NCBI RefSeq assembly: GCF_006345805.1
Contig: NC_043001.1
Location: 69,068,001-69,132,000 of the forward strand
Direction: 5' to 3'
Source: Octopus sinensis
Taxonomy: Eukaryota
DNA: 64,000 nt
The position numbers and the translations under genes are program-made. The notes beneath the pieces were generated by a model. The model saw nothing but the letters and a program-made list of their open reading frames with translations. It was not told where the DNA came from and searched no databases. Shown here one piece after another: positions 11,951 through 26,834 of the stretch. The stretch's first letter is position 1. Each line of letters starts with the position of its first letter.

Positions 11951-13012
11951 AACAAATCCACCATTCGGTCTCTGGTGGATAAACAGAGGCGCAAATTATT
12001 CGAGCCAAGTAAAATGTGTGAGGTCTTTCAACAGCATTTTGCCCGTCTCTTCAGGATAAGTGGCGAGCGTGAACACAGGGTGGAATTCAGTACCTAACTG
12101 CACAGCCTGCCACAACTCTCGACAATAGAGGCAGAGTGCGGCGAAGGTGCCATCACGGCGGCGGAAGTGTGCTGCTTGGGGGACAAATCGTGTTTGGATG
12201 TTCTACACTACGAGCTTTACAGTTGTATGCCAGGCTTGTTTAGAGACGTCTTGGCAGCAGTGTACTGCAACTAGTAGCAACACGGGAGCTTCCCAGGTTT
12301 TGTGAGCCGAGAAAGATCCAAACAAAGGGGGCGAAATAGATAACTTTAGGCCCATCACTCTGCTGAATGCAGACTTGAGAATTTGGGCTAAGGTGTTAGA
12401 CAAGAAGTTGGCGTTTGTTATGGAGAAACTGGTTGACAAGGCGCAAACGTGCGCCGTGCCGGGCCGGAGCAACAATAAGAACTACATCATAGACAGGGTA
12501 GTTAAGGAACATGGCATAGGTGGGGCCCTGATCAATTTGGATCAATCCAAAGCTTTCGATAGGGTAGACCATCGATACTTTGAGGCTGTCTTCATAGCGG
12601 CTGGTTTCAGTCCCATCTTCCGCGGCTGGATAGCTGCCTTGTACAGAGGCATCCTTTCGGTAATTCGCATGAATGGGCATCTATCGAGACCTTTCGACAT
12701 TGCACGTTCGGTTCGTCAGGGATGCCAGCTCTCGTCGCTTCTGTATGTATTGAATCTCGAGGCACTACTGCGGAAGCTGGCGACGCTGAGGAGCATCCCG
12801 CGAAAATTGGGAAGCAGGAAGAGCGTATCCGTATTCGCGGACGATGTCACCGTCATAAATTCTAGCCAGGAGCACACTGAGCTGGTCGGCGAGACATTGA
12901 ATGACAACGAAGCGGTAACAGGAGCGAAAATCAACCGGGGAAAGTCAGTGCGCTTGCGGCTCGGCACCTGGAGAAGCAAGTCCATGCCGTCCAGCAGCGC
13001 CTCTGTCGTTGG
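11951..13012 (+). mobile_element. Tx1/L1-like LINE RT fragment (duplicate)
   Basis: ORF 12375-13028 contains LDQSKAFDRVDH, SVRQGC and VFADD. Confidence 0.9.
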
Positions 13013-13571
13013 AAGTGTATTCAGCTGAATAAAATTACTGCTGTTTTTTATCAAGAACTTCCGGCGGTTTATATTTCGTTTGTTATTTATGATAAGCCTA
13101 AACCTAAAACCCTAACCCTAACCCTAACCCTAACCATAAAAAACACTAATCCTAAAATTCTAACCCTACCACTAAAACTGTAACCCTAACCCTGAAACCC
13201 TAACCCTAACCCTAAAACCCTAACCTTAAAATCCTAACCTTTAAATCCTAACCCTAACACCGTAACCCTAAAACCCTAAAGTTAAAACCAGTACAAACGC
13301 ACGAACTATGTCATAAATAACAGGACAAACGAAAAATACCACGCCGATAGTTGTTGTTAACAAACAACGGCAGTAATTTTATTCAGCTGAATACACGTCA
13401 TTGATTGGTTGAAATTCCTGATAGGACAACTTTAACGTGAAATAACTCCATAAAGTTTGTCTCAAAAATGCTAAGAGTAAAAGATGTTTTATATAACACA
13501 TTGTACCAGTGTCCGGAGTTTGAAATTATCTTTTAAATCTGTCGGTAAAAAGGTAATGATCCCAAAGCATT
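13012..13571. mobile_element. Duplicate of the (CCCTAA)n-containing inverted-repeat element
   Basis: Arms at 13015-13041 and 13370-13396. Confidence 0.75.
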
Positions 13572-15538
13572 CTATATGGGATTAGTGGAGGGGAGGTACG
13601 ACGACGATCTCGGGGCGTACCTGGGCGTCGACGAGGAACACCTGAACCGCCTGTTCAAGACGGCTTTCGGGCCGGACCCATGGACAAATTCCAGAGATCC
13701 CTGGCCTGGCAGTGCTACCGAGAATCGCTACCAGTTCAGGTTAAGCTGTACAGGCATGGCTCGAGAAACACGGGGCCGACACGCCCGACATATAACGTCA
13801 TCCTGTATAAGAAGGTAGTATTTCAAACTTTGTGTGTCTCTGATATGTAATATGTTTTACAAGAAAATAGTCTACATATATTTTAGAAGCAGTGAATGAA
13901 TAGATTAAAAATAACCAAGGAAAATATATTTCCTTAATTTCAACCAATCTCTTCTATTGGATCTGGCAACGATATTTTATACTTCATGCTTATAACCGAG
14001 TGACCCTCCACTAGGTTGCCATTTTCAGTTATACAAAATTCGCTTCAGTAATTTCAACAAGGAAACAAAGTGGTATCTCTTACTCCTTTGTCAGTAATAT
14101 TTTAAAGTTATTTTCATTATGATTCTTTTTAGTTGTAGCCTGGAGCTGACTATTTTAGAAAACTTTCGTTACAAAAGACCACAGTGTCGATGGAGCACGG
14201 AACTCTTAATTACTTCTACATCAAGAATTTTTTCTTTTAGTTACAAAAGCTCATCTTCCAGTCATTCTTGAATATTCTTGCATCCAAACATTGAGATATA
14301 CTTAATATATACTTCAGTACCTTCCTACTTCTCATCGCACCAACATGTTGAATTTCTATCAAGAAATACATACACACGCCCAATCCCACCACACACACAC
14401 ACATGCGCGCGCGCATGAACACACAGACACGCACGTACACATCCAGAGAGAGAGAGAAAGAGAGAGAGAGCCACAGTCGTGGCTGTGTGGTAAGCATCTA
14501 CCAAATCCACTTACAAGGCGTTGGTCGGTCTCAGGTTGTAGTAGAAGACACTTGCCCAATGTGCCATTCAGCAGGACTGAACCTAGAACAACGTGGTTGG
14601 GAAACAAGCGTCTTTTATTCATTTAATAGAAGCTTGTTTCCCCACCACATTGTTTCAGGTTCGGTCCTGCTGAAGGGCACCTTGGACAAGTGTCTTCTAC
14701 TACAGCCTGAGGCCGACCAACGCCTTATAAGTGGATTTGGTAGGTTGAAACTGAAAGAAACCCGTCGAATATATATATATATATATATGTTGTATTTAGG
14801 AATGGTCATGTTGCCAGTTTAGCCAATAAAAACACACGCACTATATATTTGGTGTTAATTTGCTTCAGCTTTATATATTTTTTACATTAATCTTAATCTT
14901 ATTTCGATCAGAGTTCTTTCGTCACACTTCTGTGACATCACCAGTGGTCCTTTGCTTTCTTCTTTCTTATTTCTGTGTCTCCCCTTACTAACGGTCAGCT
15001 ACTATTAAGAAATTGACAGATTCCATGACTAATAGAATTTTCGAAGTTACCCATCGAAATAATGGTTAAATAATTTATTATGTTAATAAATGTTATAAAA
15101 TCATTATAGTTTTAAAGCGGCGAGCTGACAGAAACTAAGCAGTTAGCACACCGTCTAAATTTTTAGCGGTATTTCGTCTGTCTTTACGTTCTGAGTTCAA
15201 ATTCCACCGAAGCCTTTCATCCTTTCGGGATCGATAACTTAAGTACCAGTTGCGTACTAGAGTCGATCTAATCCACTAGCCCGCTCTCCCAGAATTTCGG
15301 GCGTGGTGCCTAGAGCAGAAAAGAATATTATGGTTTTCTGTTGAATATATACTCAATTTATGCTTAATATGTATAATTATGCTTCATGTTCTGAAACAAA
15401 AATGTCTACATGGGCTATATTAGCATAGTTCGTCTAAAAACTGAAGAATGGGATAAAGAAAAGACGTTACACAGAATTATGAGAACATGACAACTGAGAA
15501 ATCCTAACTTTCACTCCTAAGCTATTAAGATAGTTCTG

Positions 15539-15575
<37 letters not shown>

Positions 15576-16175
15576 AGTGAATTGAAGAAATGGAGTTGAA
15601 CGAAGATTGAACAGAAATCAGCAGTGACCACACTCTGGTCACTGCTGAGAGATCCGTCAGGGGGTAGAAAATATTTAGTCTCGGTCACAAAGAACATCTA
15701 AGCACCCCGTGCTCTCACCCACCGGAATGACCGCTGCCTGACCCGTTAAAATCTTCAACGCACCCACCACCCGTTTTCAACATACATTGATAAACAGTTT
15801 GGCCATGGGCTCTTAGGAGCCTCGTTCGATTTGTTTTGCTCCGCCTCTGTTCTGTTTTTGTTTTTCCCAACGGATTTCCTATTTCTTCCTGAAGAGAAAG
15901 ACACAATATGGTCTCCTTATTCAATCGGAATTTGGTAAATTGTGCCTTTCGAAACACGTGTAGAATGCAATAAAACGATTTCTGTTCAATCTTCGTTCAA
16001 CTCCATTTCTTCAATTCACTAATAATATTAAAATTCAATTATCCGCACCAACGCACGGTTGCAACACCATATGGTTGTACCTCCAACTGTGCTGTCTTCT
16101 GCTGTGATTTTTGCTACCAAGGTATCGGTTAAACTTTTGATTAATCTGCAACAAGATTATTCATCTTTCTATTTC

Positions 16176-16920
<745 letters not shown>

Positions 16921-19389
16921 ATGTGCGTGTGGAAGAGGGCTGATGACCTTGACGTGAGCGCGCTTGCATGTGTAGCCATGTGGATGATGGTGTGGTGCTG
17001 GGAAGTGGTCAGTGCTAGTGTGAATGTGCTGGGGTGATTTGATATGGTGTTGTGGTATGGTGGTGTATGGTGTGTTGTGGTGTGTTTCGATGTCGGGAGG
17101 CGAGTGTGGGTAAAGCAAGGGTGGGGTGTGGGTTAGGCTGAGAATGGAGGAGATTTGGGATATGTGGGAATGGGTGTATAGGATGGAGTGGGATGGGATG
17201 GATAGGGAAGGTGGGGCTCGATTGTGTAGAGGTGGGGTTACGAGGGAGGAGTGACGATGAGGGAAAGGGGGAAGGGAGAAGGTGGGTCGGAGTGAAAAGA
17301 AGAGAGAAGGAGAGTAGGAGTGAAGAGAAGTAGTTAGAGTCGGAGCAAGAGATGAGAGGTGGGTGGGAGGAGGGTTAGATAAAGAGGGGCGGATAGTTGA
17401 GCCCATGTGGAGCAAAGGAGCGAAGAGAGAAGATTAATCCCTGTTCACAGCGAAGACGGGCGTCCGGATGGCCCTTGTGCAAGGACAATCCGGTGCTGCA
17501 AAAAGTGACAATAGCGGAAATGGCGCGAGACCGAGGTGTCATTGCCGAGTCGGATATATATATCAACATATATATAAATACGTTTGTGTGTTGGTGTGTG
17601 TGTATGTGTATTTGTATTTGTGCATTGTGTGTGAAATGCATTGCTGCTCACGTAGGATGTGGAAGTCGATAAAGCTATAAGTAATAGCTTTCATAATGTT
17701 CCGTGAAATATTTTTAAAAAATTAAGTTGAAATCTGCCGTCTTTCAGGGGGGCCTTTGATTTTTCCCCTTGTAAACAACATTCTAAATGCTTTCATTTCC
17801 AGTTAAAAAGAACTTATTTCATATTTCTGAAAGGTTCTAAGTCTTCACAACATAATCAATATATACATGCATTTATATACATGTGTACGTGTGTGTGTGT
17901 GTGTGTGTGTGAGAGTGTGTGCTTATGTGTGTGTGTGTACATTATAAAACTACTTTTCTCTAATGAATTTCTAACAGGAAATACCTTACATGTTTCCACT
18001 ATGCAAAACTCTGTAACTCCTGTTAGCAAATGAAACGTGTAACAGAGAATAGATAATAACAACAACATTCATTTCCTTGTTTTGTTATATTCAACAAACA
18101 ATATTGCGATAATTCTCAATTTTGATATGTATTTTGATGGACAGACATTAACTACGGATACAGGTTGACTGTAAAAATGGAATAAGCAAATATTCATCAA
18201 GAGGAAACAACTGGGATTTACCTTACTACCTATATAATACGTACATATACACCTGTGAGTGTATGACCAAATTACTTTTAATGACATTGTATTATGGCAT
18301 TCTCGTATTTTGCTGGGATATTTGACATGAAAATGTGTACTCAAGTAAAATTGGTTTAGATTTACTATATGTGATATATGTGATGTATCGGTTTTCCATT
18401 GTTATGAGAAGCAATGTAACCTTAGAATGTGTTAATTGGGGCACAGTACGAATTATCGTGGTATACATACATACACATATATATAAAGATAAGTTTTTAG
18501 TTTCCTTAAGTTTTATTGAGTAAGCAGATACCGGACGAGAATATGTAATTCTCGGATTTTGAATATCATTTATACAGTATGCAGTGTATATATTTTGCGG
18601 AGTTTCTTTATCTTTTACTTTAAAAAGAATTTTTAGATGGTATTCAAGCGATTACTATAAAAACATTTGCCCTGCTGCGAATCAGATATGTTGCTGTATA
18701 TGTAAATACTACTATCAACCGAGAGTAAACAATAATTTTTAAAGAACAAAGAAAGCATTTGTTTCTGTCTTGTATGTAAAATTATCAACTCTGTATTGCT
18801 GAATTTGTGATATGATCTTTTAACCCTTTGATATAAAGGTGAAGTGTCAGAAAATATATTTCGGTAGTTATCATCTTCAAAAAGCGTAAGGTATAAGTAA
18901 TCTCATGATATTTGAATAGATTAACTGATATATTATATCAGTTAATCAATGACCAATGCTAAAACTATAACCAAACTATGCAGAAGTATGGCAAAACAAG
19001 AAAAACTGTAACAAGAAACAAACTGATAATGTAATGGGGATAGATGGAAGCACATTTGACCTCGGTGGAATTCTTCCGACTCTGTTCTGCCATTCCACTG
19101 CTCTCTTTCATGGTTTGTAATAAAACACTTTCAACATACCAAAATCAAAAGAAAAAGAAATGAAAGAATTCAAATAAAACAACTCTTTGAACGTGCAACT
19201 AAATCCAATAAACAGAAAAAACTGAAACGGTTCTACAAATGCAAAACACCATGGCGCGAAATTCTGTTCACTGAGACCAATTAAAAGAATATATCAACGG
19301 GGTGAATGCTCCGATACTTTCAGTAGTAGACACCAACCCCAGGAGAGTGGAGCAGAATTAAGAGCAAACGACTTCTGCACTCTCTTTCA

Positions 19390-19448
19390 AAAATAATAAT
19401 GATGATGATGATGATGATAGTTATAATAATAATAATGATGATGATGAT

Positions 19449-19479
<31 letters not shown>

Positions 19480-19482
19480 ATG

Positions 19483-19537
<55 letters not shown>
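19390..19537. repeat. Compound (GAT)n(AGG)n(AAT)n microsatellite
   Basis: Seen directly. Confidence 0.95.
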
Positions 19538-19538
<1 letters not shown>

Positions 19539-21736
19539 TCCCAAATCAAATGAAACAACAAAACCAGAAAACTACAGACCAATAACCTGCCTCCCTACTA
19601 TGTTCAAGGCATTTACTGCAGTGATATCGCAAAGGCTGAACAAGCACCTGGACGAAAACAAACTGTTCCCAGAAGAGCAGAAAGGATGCCGCAAGGGCTC
19701 ATATGGCTGTAAAGATCAACTAATGATTAATAAAGCCGTAACTGAAGACAGCCACAGAAAGAAGAAAGGCCTCAGTATGGCCTGGATTGACTACAAAAAG
19801 GCGTTTGATAGCATCCCCCACACATGGATCCTAGAAACACTAGCCATTAACAAAGTAGCACCAACAATCATAAAATTCATAGAGCACTCTATGAATAAAT
19901 GGCAAACAGTCCTACACCTCCAAACAAAAGAGGGACTCATGAAAACCAAAGACATCCCCATTAGAAGAGGAATATTCCAGGGAGACACGCTCTCTCCACT
20001 CCTTTTCTGCTTGGCACTGTCACCTCTATCTGATATGCTAAATAGAACTGGATGCGGATATAAATGTTACGGCAAAACGATCAGCCACCTTTTATATATG
20101 GATGACCTAAAACTATACGCTGCAAATGACAAACAGCTGGAAACACTATTAAAGACAGTTCATGGATTTACCAAAGAAATAGATATGAAATTTGGATTAG
20201 AAAAATGCGCCAAAGTAACAAGAAAAAAGAGTAACAACATCACACTAGATAAAACCAATGAAATAAAAGAATTAGACCAAAGCCAAACTTACAAATACTT
20301 AGGAATCCATGAACTAGATAAGACACAACACACACAAATGAAAGAGAAATAAAAAAAGAATATTATAGACGAGTTAGATCAATACTAAAAACAGAGCTCA
20401 ATGCTAAAAACAAGATAATAGGTATCAACACTTTAGCTGTCCCAGTTATAAGTTACAGCTACAATATCCTTAACTGGACACGAAATGAACTGTCGAAAAT
20501 AGATAGGAAAACAAGAAAAATACTGACAGGATCTAGGATGCATCACCCAAAATCTGACATAGAAAGACTATATATACAACGTATAGAAGGTGGTAGAGGC
20601 CTTATACAGCTGGAAAACTACTATAAAATAACCACCATAGGACTGCAAAAATACCTACTTCAGAAGGAAGGAAAACTGATCCAGATAGCAGCAAAACACG
20701 AGCAAAACAAAAAACTGTTCTCAGTATTTAAGGAAGCTGACAAATACAAACAAGAAATCATACCACCTAATAAACACAAAAAGAAGAAGAAGAAGATGAT
20801 GAAGAAACAACAAAAGCTATAAAACAAATGAAATCCAAACTAAAAATAGAACAGCAACGAGCCATGATAAAACGATGGCAAGAAAAACCCCTTCATGGTA
20901 AATACTGCACTAAACTAAACGCAAAAGAAATAGACAAAGAAAAATCCCAGCAATGGTTGAGAAGCTCAGGACTCAAAGCAGAAACAGAGGGATTTTTAAT
21001 TGCAGCACAAGACCAAAGCCTCCCCACCAGAAATTACCAAAAACATGTAATGAAAAGAAATATTACAAGTAACTGCAGAATATGTGGAGATGGACAAGAA
21101 ACAATAAATCATATTATCTCTAGCTGCCCAGTCCTGGCTAAGAAGGAATATATTCACAGACATGACAGAGTTGGAACCTACATACATTGGAAGCTATGCC
21201 AACATTATGGAATAACAACAGAAAAAAGATGGTATAGGCACACACCAGAAAAGGTCACAGAAAACGAGAAAGCAACCATACTCTGGGATATGCCGATACA
21301 CACAGATAGAGAAATTAAGGCCAACAGACCAGATATAGTTGTCAGAGATCATGAAGAAAAAAATGCTTTCTAATTGATGTATCAATACCGGCAGATGACA
21401 ACGTGTCTCTAAAAGAAATGGAGAAACTCTCAAAATACAAAGACCTGGAAATAGAGATAACTAGAATGTGGAACCTGAAAACAGAAACAATTCCTATCAT
21501 AGTAGGTGCATTAGGCATGATAAAAAAATATTCAGACAAATACATAACAAAAACACCAGGACTTACAAACACATATAACATACAGAAAATTGCACTACTA
21601 GGCACTGCACACATCCTACGCAGAACACTTTCCATACAATAACCATCAGAGCATCACAACAAATCACAGCACATACCCAAGGCACACAGAGCTGTGCTCG
21701 GTAGTGAAGTGAAAGCACGCTATAAAAATAAAACTA

Positions 21737-21739
<3 letters not shown>
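19537..21739 (+). mobile_element. 5'-truncated Dong/R4-clade LINE (RT, CCHC, restriction-like endonuclease) with about 3 frameshifts
   Basis: ENYRPITCLPT, WIDYKKAFDS, GIFQGDTLSP, HLLYMDD, CRICG-x-ETINHIISSC, RHDRV, RPDIVV and KLSKY. Stop at 21642, ~100-bp 3'UTR, (AAT)n on both sides, consistent with the known TAA-repeat targeting of Dong. Confidence 0.93.
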
Positions 21740-21834
<95 letters not shown>

Positions 21835-21835
<1 letters not shown>

Positions 21836-22390
21836 GCTCTGATGCAGTACCAGGCTGTGGCTCTCATGGCTTCTGATCTTAACTGATTGGAAGTGTTATC
21901 ATGTACATTGTTTTGTCTTGGTATAAAAGATGGGCTATAGCAAATATTCTGCTCAATACCACAGATTTGCTTGTCAGTTGTTTGACCGTAACCAGTTGAG
22001 CATGTCCCTTAGTGGCTGACGATATGTGCATCTCTGATCACGATCAGAAGTAGTGGGGGAGCATCATAGCCATGTGTTGAGAGGGATTCTTTGGGGTTTG
22101 AATAATTCACCTCTGGAAACATGGGTGGTTCTTTCAACATCCTTAAACAACCCTTATTCAGGGACCTTTTGAGCGGGATGGGCTACTCACCCTGAAGAAA
22201 ATTCTAACTGGGCCCCACCTGCAAGGTCATGTGCTGTTTATCTTGGTATGAGATCACCATGTCGCGCACATATGGTTGTGATGCATGTGCCTGGTGTACC
22301 CTTATCAGACGGGTAGTCATGATGGGTATATTCGGCTTCGTATATTTTACCCCAGTGTCACTTTGATGGCATGCGCTGCTCTCTCACTCA
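21835..22390 (+). mobile_element. ~555-bp non-coding unit embedded in (AAT)n, probably a LINE 3'UTR or non-autonomous retroelement
   Basis: Sharp boundaries with (AAT)n on both sides, higher GC than the flanks, no substantial ORF. Confidence 0.55.
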
Positions 22391-22417
22391 ATAATAATAA
22401 TAATAATAATAATAATT

Positions 22418-25400
22418 CTTTTAATAGCCAGGAGGACTCACAATGAAAAACATTAAAAGACATAAAACAACATAAAAGACAAAAACAAGACGATACAATG
22501 GGTGTTCCGCGTGTAAACAATATAAATAACAATAAAAAAAATTAAACAAATTAAGACTCCCAATAGGGGATTGGCGATTTAAGGTCTTCGTGGAATTACA
22601 AGTGCACACTCAGAATTGGTCCTTTCACACTAGTCATTCTTCCAACATTCACTCATCTTTCAACAAACTTGCTACAAAGCAACACTTCCCTATCCTCCCT
22701 AAACTTCCTGTTCAAATGAATATTGAAAAAGTTGATGAGGGTTTGGCCAAAGGGGAAAGTGTCTGTCTTTGGCCCTATCAAACGGGTCCACGCCTCCGTT
22801 CTGGTCAACCAAAGACCAAATGATTGCTTTATTGCCACTTTTCGCCTCCATTACGCCGGCCCATTGTAACGCTTTCGTTCCCTCTCCGCTTAGTGAACGT
22901 GTCTTAGCTCTGACAACGCAGCCTTCGTGTTTGGCGTCGAAAAATTGCTCGGGGGACAACCTAACCGACAACAAGTGAGTTGCGATGCCTTTCCTAAGCG
23001 CCTCCTCTAACTTTCTAACTAAATCACCCTCTATTCTATTTCTCACTACCGATAATGCCTTGCTAAACCTAAAGGTCTCTACTCTAAATGCCCGTTTAAG
23101 AGCAAACCACCAGTTGTTGTTAACTAATTCGTTAATCCGGTCTCTGTAAGCCTATCTTATTCGACCGTACAGATCATAAATTTGTGGTCTGAGTAGCCGA
23201 GTATGTGAAATTATAGACACCCTATGCTACTTTTGTCCACTGGCCTACAACATAATCTATCTAGATACGATCTAAATGACTCGATGGGGTAATCTGGTCG
23301 GTACCTTCCAGACAACTGAATATGTCTGAGCAAGTTTCCGAGGCATTTGCCCACACCTCTCCTATAAGATACGCCCACGCAATCAAAACGTTCATCTAAG
23401 ACAGCGTTCCAATCCCCTACTATTACTAAATTCCGAGACGTTCCCAGTAATCAGACTGCCCTGCCCCTGTCGGAACATAGGCAGCCACAAGTCTTAAAGC
23501 ACCGACGTCATTGCTGTTCAGATCTAGGACCACCAACTTACTTCTGGATGCAGGAAGACTGCCTTTATTTTTAAATCCAGACTCTCTAGGAAAAGCACCT
23601 CAGTACCACCACCGCCCCTTCGTAGACGACACGGAGATGGAAAAAACCTCGTATCCACCGAAAAAGGGACCTCAGGTCATTTACACGGTGACCTTGTTTC
23701 CAAGGTGACCAGAGCCCCTTGACATTTATACAACATATTCTGACCATCACCATTTTAAAATAAATTTAGTATGGAGAAGAGCTCCACTTACTATTGTTGT
23801 CTGGCAGGAGTGTCCCCCTGGTCTTTGTTGTGGGCGTTTCCACGAGGTTTTTACACAGTCTCTTAGAGAATGTTTTTTGGAATAACATAACAGCATTTGG
23901 AAAATTAATTTTTAATGTGTTGTAGGTGTCCTATTTTAGTTTTAAAATTTGCATGTGTGGTGGTGGACATTGTGTGTTGGGAAGATAAAGTCTTCCATTG
24001 TGGTATATGTGTTTTCTCTAACGTATATAACAAGTGGTGTATTGTTGTTATCGATAGCTGTGAGGTTGGTGGTGTTTGTGTAATCTGTTTGTGTTGTGTC
24101 TGTGTTTGAGGTGGTAGTGATGGTGGAGGTGTGTCGTTGTAAGTAACTGTGTGTGCTGCTGTTGGGAAGTTCCTCCTCTTTGCGCCTCCCCCTCTTCTAC
24201 TTTTTTGAGGAGGAACTGTTTGCCACTCCCCCCTCTCGACCTTAGTACTGGAACAGTCCGAGTTGTTTTGGTCAGGAAGGGGGATATTCTCTCGCTCATC
24301 ATTTTACTGGGGTTTATTTGTTGCTGCTGTTACTGCTACAGTAATTGTTGTTGGTGGTGTTACTGCTACTAGTTGTAGTAGTACTCCGACTGGTGGTGGT
24401 GTCACTCCGACTGGTGTTGGTGGTGGTACTCAAGCTAGTGGTGATGGTGGTATTCCGGTTGGTCTCTTTGTTGTTGGAGGTGCCCTGGCGGCAGCTGGAG
24501 GCAGCGTCGCTGTTACTATTGCTGGTAGTGATGGAGTTGATTTCTGCTGCTGCTGTTGTCGCTGCTGCTGCACTTGAGGGGCCCCCGTTTCTGCTGTCGC
24601 TTGTAGCTTCCGTCGCGTCTCTTTGTATTTGGGGCAGTCGAGCTTGAGGTGCTGATCTCTTTCACAAAAGTAGCACCTCGGCCTCCTTCCCTTCACGGCC
24701 ACGTGTAGTATCGTACCGTCCGGTAAGTTTATAGAGTCAGGGATAGAATTTAGGGCTTCTTGTTTAATTTGAACGAGGAGCTCCTCTCCAACTCTGATCC
24801 GTCGAATTGTGCAATTTATTCTCCTCCAGTATTGTGGCGGTATCCTTTATGTGCAAGAGGACAGCCGCCACCAGCCAACATATATCTATTTTGGAGGGCA
24901 CCTTTCCAATTTGTATTTTTGTAACGTGCCGACCTAGGTATGGAGCAGGAATTCTTCAGTTTTTAGTGGCATTGTGGAAAGCTGTTTTGCTCTTCTTCTG
25001 TTGCAAAACGCACTTCCACAGAGCCGAAGCGTCTTCCACGTATCACATGTTTTCTTGTTTTAATGCTATTTCCAGTTGCTGTTGAGTCGCTCGCTCCACT
25101 ATTTATATATATATATATATATATCTTCAATGTTCTGTAGATCACCGTTATTTTTTTATGCGTTTCTAATATCAGATATTGTGGGGTGTTAAGTAAAATA
25201 TTATTCTCTTCCTTAACAACCCCTTTACATTTTTTAAAGTCATCGAAAGTTAACGGAAATGCCTGGTTTGTTTCACCGCGGAGGCGAATCCGTTGCCGCT
25301 TGGTTTGTCATTGTTGTTCTTGTTTGACTTTTCTGTTTTGTCTGTGTTCATGTCGGGGTTGGCGGTATTTTCCTGACATTTTTCTTGTTTTTCCATGTTA

Positions 25401-25727
25401 ATGGTGTTGTAGGCGCTGTTAGTGGTTTTGGTACTTATGCTGTTCACAGGGAGAAATCTTCGCAGTAGTGCCCGTCAGGACAACCGTGCCATTTCCCTCG
25501 ACAGAGGAAGCCACCTTGTTCATCGTTTGACGAAAGAAAAAAGAATATTTTTGATGGACAAAATGTTCAAAATTCGCCTCTAAAAGGGAGGACTATTCAC
25601 AAAAGAACCCCTTTTGCACAGCAAAAGGGGTTTAGGAAGCAAAAACAGGGAAATAAAGCAGTCAAAAATCTTCACAAATCCACAAAATCCCAATTTGCGG
25701 AGCGCTCAAAACACGGCTTACTTCACC
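22418..25727 (-). mobile_element. Tx1-like LINE with 5'UTR, gag-like ORF1 (CCHC), APE endonuclease and 3' end; RT region deleted
   Basis: ORF1 ATG at about 25523. CYFCERDQHLKLDC zinc knuckle at about 24635-24676. ORF2 starts MVMVRICCINVKGL at 23753 and contains IVGDWNA. The linker RNRIEGDLVRKLEE is homologous to 3457-3500. The frame jumps to C-terminal LINFFNIHLNRK at about 22790. (ATT)n tail. Confidence 0.85.
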
Positions 25728-25778
25728 GACACAACAACAACAACAACAACAATCCTACTACTACTTCTGCTGCTGCTG

Positions 25779-25814
<36 letters not shown>

Positions 25815-26834
25815 ATAATACAAATAATATTTGTAATTTGTGTTCATAGTAATTAATATAGGATCGCAAGACAAGCTGCACAGATGTTCTTTGGGATGGC
25901 TTAAAAAATAGAAGTTTTTGATACAGAAATAGTAGACCATATCGAAGAACAACGAAATGAATATATACATACTCGCATACATACACACACACAACGCGCT
26001 TACACCGATACATGCATGCACACACACACACACTTACAAATACCCTCACTAACACACACACACACACATATATAAAGATATAACATTAATGTTTCGACGT
26101 AAAGTGGCATCCATCAACATAAACATCTTGTTTAATGATAGATCAAAGATTTTCGACAAGGGCGAGATCACCAACTTTTCAGCTTGTATGCGCTAAGATC
26201 CTAGGAATGTTTAGGTGGCCCTAGCAGAGTGTGAGGGAGCGCAGTATGAAATTCCTTACAAGTGACAACAGTTTGTCACCTAGCCAGGGAACCAAGACCT
26301 CTTTAAGGAAATTCCAGTAGGCGGCTGCGGTTTAACCTCTTTAACCTCTTCAGGCACTTTGACTGGGCCAATAAGTCTGTCCCCAATGATACTAGACCAC
26401 AACATGTCTCCTCTACCTTTTTGTTGATATCGTAAACGTTTGTTACGGTCGGCTCCAAAATAGACCCAGCCATTTGCTTAACCGTTACGTTCGTCAAGGA
26501 TCGCCCTGGTTTCTTCGGTGAACAGAACTCAAATCTAACGTCATGTATTTTGGGTCCACTTAAGCCTCAAACCCATGAGAGGAGGCACTTTCAGGGGTTT
26601 TCGCATGGAAGTCATGGTCCTGGGGATGCGATTTCTGTTGGGTTTCGGTACATGAGGTAGTCCGGAGGCGGTGAAGATTGCTTTGCATGTTTGTGCAGGT
26701 TTCCTACGTAACTTGCAGTCAAGATTACTTAAGTCCCTAGTTGTTACGGTCCTGGAGGTATCACAATCAGATCGGTTCTTCCTTGGCTCTCATGTGGCTA
26801 AATAAAATCATTGTGGTAATAAATATTACAATAT

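Noticed and set aside
19399-19537. Poly-M/R/I N-terminus of the 317-aa RT ORF
   Set aside because: In-frame read-through of the flanking microsatellite into a 5'-truncated LINE.
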